Under the pieces are notes generated by a model. The model did no database searches. It had not been told where the DNA came from and was given only the letters and a program-made list of their open reading frames with translations. From the NCBI GenBank assembly GCA_021827785.1, contig JAKAUF010000388.1, forward strand, positions 1-38,075: a stretch of 38,075 nucleotides of DNA. The letters run 5' to 3'. Below are positions 35,489 through 38,075 of this stretch, piece by piece. The translations under genes were made by a program, and so were the position numbers. Position 1 is the stretch's first letter, and the number at the start of each line of letters is the position of its first letter. Origin of the DNA: Acidobacteriota bacterium (GTDB taxonomy: Bacteria > Acidobacteriota > Terriglobia > Terriglobales > SCQP01).

Positions 35489-35956
35489 CTAGTGATTGCC
35501 CACCCCTAGCCAATCCGTCGGGCGTTGCGCGGCGAAGTTCACCGGCATGGACTGGGCCACGGTCGCCGATGGCGCCAAAAGGCTTTGCGCCGAGGGCATG
35601 CTCGCCGCCGGCGCCGCGGTCACGGCCCCGCCGGTTCCGCTCAGCGCCATCGAGCCGGCCAGCAACAGCAGCGCCGTGATGGAGGCCAGATACGGCGCCA
35701 GCCGCCGCAGCCCCATGCTCAAGGAGCCGTCCCAAGCGGCGCTGGACTGGCGGCGAATCGCCGCCCATACCGCCGCCATCGGCGGCGCTTCCGGAACCGC
35801 CACGGCGCCGGCTTGCACGACCCCGCGCGCCCAATCGCGCAAGGCGGCGTATTCCCGGCATTTGTGGCAGCTACGCAGGTGCGCCACCACCTCGTCCGGC
35901 GCGCCGTCCCGCCCCGCGGCCATATCCAAATGCGTTCGGCAGGTGCGGCAATTCAT
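35489..35956 (-). CDS. Anti-sigma factor (zf-HC2 type), single-pass membrane protein
   Basis: MNCRTCRTHLDMAAG...HLRSCHKCREYAAL is an HxxxCxxC putative zinc finger. The central TM helix is LAPYLASITALLLLAGSMAL. The ATGA overlap with the sigma gene at 35953-35956 supports the start. Confidence 0.8.
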   Translation of the reverse strand: MNCRTCRTHLDMAAGRDGAPDEVVAHLRSCHKCREYAALRDWARGVVQAGAVAVPEAPPMAAVWAAIRRQSSAAWDGSLSMGLRRLAPYLASITALLLLAGSMALSGTGGAVTAAPAASMPSAQSLLAPSATVAQSMPVNFAAQRPTDWLGVGNH

Positions 35957-36630
35957 GGCAGCCTCCTCTTCGCCAGCCGTTGATAACTGGCCAACATCCG
36001 CTTGCGGGCGCGGAACAGCCCGACCTTCACCGCCGACAAGCCCAGGCCGGTGGCGGCGGAAATCTCCTCCAAGGATAGATCCTGCAAGTCTTGCATGACC
36101 AACAGTTGCCGGTCGCGCGGCCTGAGGCTAGCGAGCAGCTTGCCCGCCAGATCGCGGGAAACCAGCCGCTCCAGGGCATTGGCGTGGGAGGTGTCCGGCA
36201 GATCCCACTCGCGCGCCTCGCCCCCGTCCAGCGCCGCCGGCGGATCCGCCGCCCGCGGTTGCCGCCGCTGCCGGCGCAGGTAGTCAATCGTATGATTGCT
36301 CGCCAGCCGGTATAGCCAGGGCCGGAACGGCATGCCGGGCGTGAAAGAACCTAGGGCAAAGTAGGCCTTGGCGAAAATCTCCTGCACCAAGTCCGGCACC
36401 GCTTCCGGGTGGCGGATCATGTTGGCTACCAGGCGGGAAATCGCGCCTTGGTAACGGGCGTAGAGCGCCTCGAATGCCGCCCCGTCCCCGGACTGAATTT
36501 GCCGGACCAGCGGACCATCGGGATCTTCAGCCGCCACGCCGACCGCGGGCCGGGAAGTCCCAATTGCCGGATCGGCCGGGGAATTCGCCACGGGTATACC
36601 CAACGTCCAAGCGGAGGCGAGCGCCGACAT
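35953..36630 (-). CDS. ECF-type RNA polymerase sigma-70 family factor
   Basis: ORF 35953..36804. The start is uncertain (ATG at 36630, or a later GTG). Region 2: LVRQIQSGDGAAFEALYARYQGAISRLVANMIRH...DLVQEIFAKAYFAL...FRPWLYRLASNHTIDYLRR. Region 4: LRPRDRQLLVMQDLQDLSLEEISAATGLGLSAVKVGLFRARKRM. Confidence 0.85.
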   Translation of the reverse strand: MSALASAWTLGIPVANSPADPAIGTSRPAVGVAAEDPDGPLVRQIQSGDGAAFEALYARYQGAISRLVANMIRHPEAVPDLVQEIFAKAYFALGSFTPGMPFRPWLYRLASNHTIDYLRRQRRQPRAADPPAALDGGEAREWDLPDTSHANALERLVSRDLAGKLLASLRPRDRQLLVMQDLQDLSLEEISAATGLGLSAVKVGLFRARKRMLASYQRLAKRRLP

Positions 36631-36809
36631 CACCTTCTGCAACGCCGCCTCAGCCGCCAAAGTTACAGGCCGCGGCGCTGGGCCGCTGCTTCCCAAGGCC
36701 CCGCCGGGCGTCACCAAGCCGCTCGGCCCGCCACGGACCGCGCCAACCGCAATGTTACTATGGGCCAGGCTTCGCCTGCCGCTGCCAGGGGCCAACGGCC
36801 ACACCGGAG

Positions 36810-37568
36810 ATGGGGACCTATAGCGTACAAATTGGACGGGTTTACGATGGCCCGCTGGACCTGCTGATGGACCTCATCCGGAGGCAGGATATTGACATCT
36901 ATGACATCCCCATCGCCCGCCTGACCGGACAATATTTGACATACCTGGAGGGCCCCCAGGGCATACACAGCGGAATGGACGTCGAGGTGGCGGCGGAGTT
37001 TTTGCTCATGGCCGCCACGCTTATCCAAATCAAGAGCAAACTCCTCCTGCCCGCCGCGCCAGCCCTGCCCGGCGAGGCCCCGGAGCCGGATCCCCGGCAA
37101 GAGTTGGTCGCCCGGCTCTTGGAATACGAACAGTTCCAGCAGGCGGCCGCCATGCTGCATGAGCGGCAGCAAATTGAGGACGCCAGTTGGCGCCAGCCAG
37201 GTTTGCGGGAATTCCGCGGCGATGCCGCCCCGGAACCGGAACTGGCCGTGGGCATCTATGACCTGGCGCAGGCCTTCCAACGCGTGCTGCGGCGCATGGA
37301 AGAACGGCCCAAGCTGGAAGTAGGCGGCGCCGACGTGACCGTGGCCGAAATGGTGGCCCGCCTCCAGGAATGGCTGGCCGCCGCCCCCGGCCCGCTGCGC
37401 TTGCAAGCGGTGCTGGGCCGCGCCGCTGACCGCCGTGCGCTCGTGGCGTGCTTTTTGGCTCTGCTGGAAATGGTCCGGCGCGGCGAAGTGCAGCTGCGGC
37501 AGGAGCGGGTCATGGGGGAAATTTGGCTGCGCCGCGCGGCGCCGAAAGCCGGGGCGGCGTCGGCGTAA
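36810..37568 (+). CDS. scpA: Segregation and condensation protein A (kleisin)
   Basis: ORF 36474..37568, with the likely ATG at 36810 (MGTYSVQIGRVYDGPLDLLMDLIRRQDIDIYDIPIARLTGQYL). Also AAEFLLMAATLIQIKSKLLLP and the C-terminal FLALLEMVRRGEV. Confidence 0.88.
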   Translation: MGTYSVQIGRVYDGPLDLLMDLIRRQDIDIYDIPIARLTGQYLTYLEGPQGIHSGMDVEVAAEFLLMAATLIQIKSKLLLPAAPALPGEAPEPDPRQELVARLLEYEQFQQAAAMLHERQQIEDASWRQPGLREFRGDAAPEPELAVGIYDLAQAFQRVLRRMEERPKLEVGGADVTVAEMVARLQEWLAAAPGPLRLQAVLGRAADRRALVACFLALLEMVRRGEVQLRQERVMGEIWLRRAAPKAGAASA

Positions 37569-37616
37569 GCGCCAGCGCCACGCGATGCAATCCATGGAAC
37601 ATGACCCACGTTGAAC

Positions 37617-38075
37617 ATGACCGACGCTAAGCCCAATCCAGGAGAAACGTTCCCCGCCGCCGCGGCGCCCGCGCCCGCCGGCGAGACCTCAGCTGCGCTC
37701 ACCGCCGATCTGCTTTCCGCATTGGAGGCGCTCGTCTACGTTGCCGAGGCGCCCGCCACCTGCGGCCAAATGGCCGCCGCGCTCGGCGTGGAGCCGGCGC
37801 TTGTCGAGCAGGGCGTCGCCGAGCTGATGTCCCGCTACGCCAGCGACGGCCGCGGCATCGAGATCCGCTGCGTCGCCGGCGGTTATCGCATGGCCACCAA
37901 GCCGCAGCACCATGAGGTGCTGCGCCGCTTCATCAAGTCCCTTCAGCCGCCCATTCGCCTGTCGCTGGCGGCGCTGGAAACGCTCGCCGTCATCGCCTAT
38001 CGCCAGCCGGTCACCGCCCCGGAAATCAAGGACATCCGCGGCGTGGACCCCAGCGGCGTGTTGAACACGCTGCTG
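37617..38075 (+). CDS. scpB: Segregation and condensation protein B, 3'-truncated by the window edge (not in ORF track)
   Basis: The ATG at 37617 opens a frame that stays open to 38075 (153 codons). LEALVYVAEAPATCGQMAAALGV...IEIRCVAGGYRMATKPQH...PIRLSLAALETLAVIAYRQPVTAPEIKDIRGVDPSGVLNTLL are classic ScpB blocks. Confidence 0.88.
   Translation, partial: MTDAKPNPGETFPAAAAPAPAGETSAALTADLLSALEALVYVAEAPATCGQMAAALGVEPALVEQGVAELMSRYASDGRGIEIRCVAGGYRMATKPQHHEVLRRFIKSLQPPIRLSLAALETLAVIAYRQPVTAPEIKDIRGVDPSGVLNTLL

Overview
High-GC (roughly 68-70% by eye) chromosomal DNA from a diderm bacterium, shown by lipid A/LPS-core genes and an outer-membrane porin. The protein flavour suggests Acidobacteriota or similar, but I cannot verify that without a search. 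I support about 35 protein-coding genes. I see no rRNA, tRNA, CRISPR array, transposase, integrase or phage genes.

Layout:
- 1-4.7 kb: three secreted or unusual proteins (a GY-repeat/glycine-zipper protein, an NYN plus 2x OST-HTH/LOTUS protein, a FecR-like protein). They surround a 565-bp orphan spacer, bracketed by two intrinsic terminators and packed with tandem repeats and triloop hairpins.
- 4.9-6.5 kb: translationally coupled FNR-like reductase and PhzF-family isomerase.
- 6.7-13.2 kb: signalling genes (REC-PAS-histidine kinase, 7TM-3xGAF-GGDEF-HD-GYP protein, 4xBON protein).
- 13.2-16.7 kb: waaF-lpxK-waaA.
- 16.8-19.9 kb: pcrA/uvrD and a secreted hypothetical protein.
- 19.9-36.6 kb: one roughly 17-kb co-directional minus-strand string. 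In transcription order it is ECF sigma, anti-sigma, CpxP/Spy-like protein, ppiD, asd, aspartokinase, kdpD-like kinase, kdpE, two micro-ORFs (one is kdpF), kdpA, kdpB, kdpC, a candidate zinc-ribbon micro-ORF, a porin, and two tandem KdpD-N/Usp genes.
- 36.8 kb to the end: scpA and scpB (truncated by the window edge).

The most unusual content is the Kdp locus. The KdpD sensor is split over three genes, with a duplicated sensor half. A porin and unannotated micro-ORFs are embedded in the locus, and there is a clear three-box KdpE-type operator.

All functional calls rest on motifs I recognise in the translations. No database search was possible.
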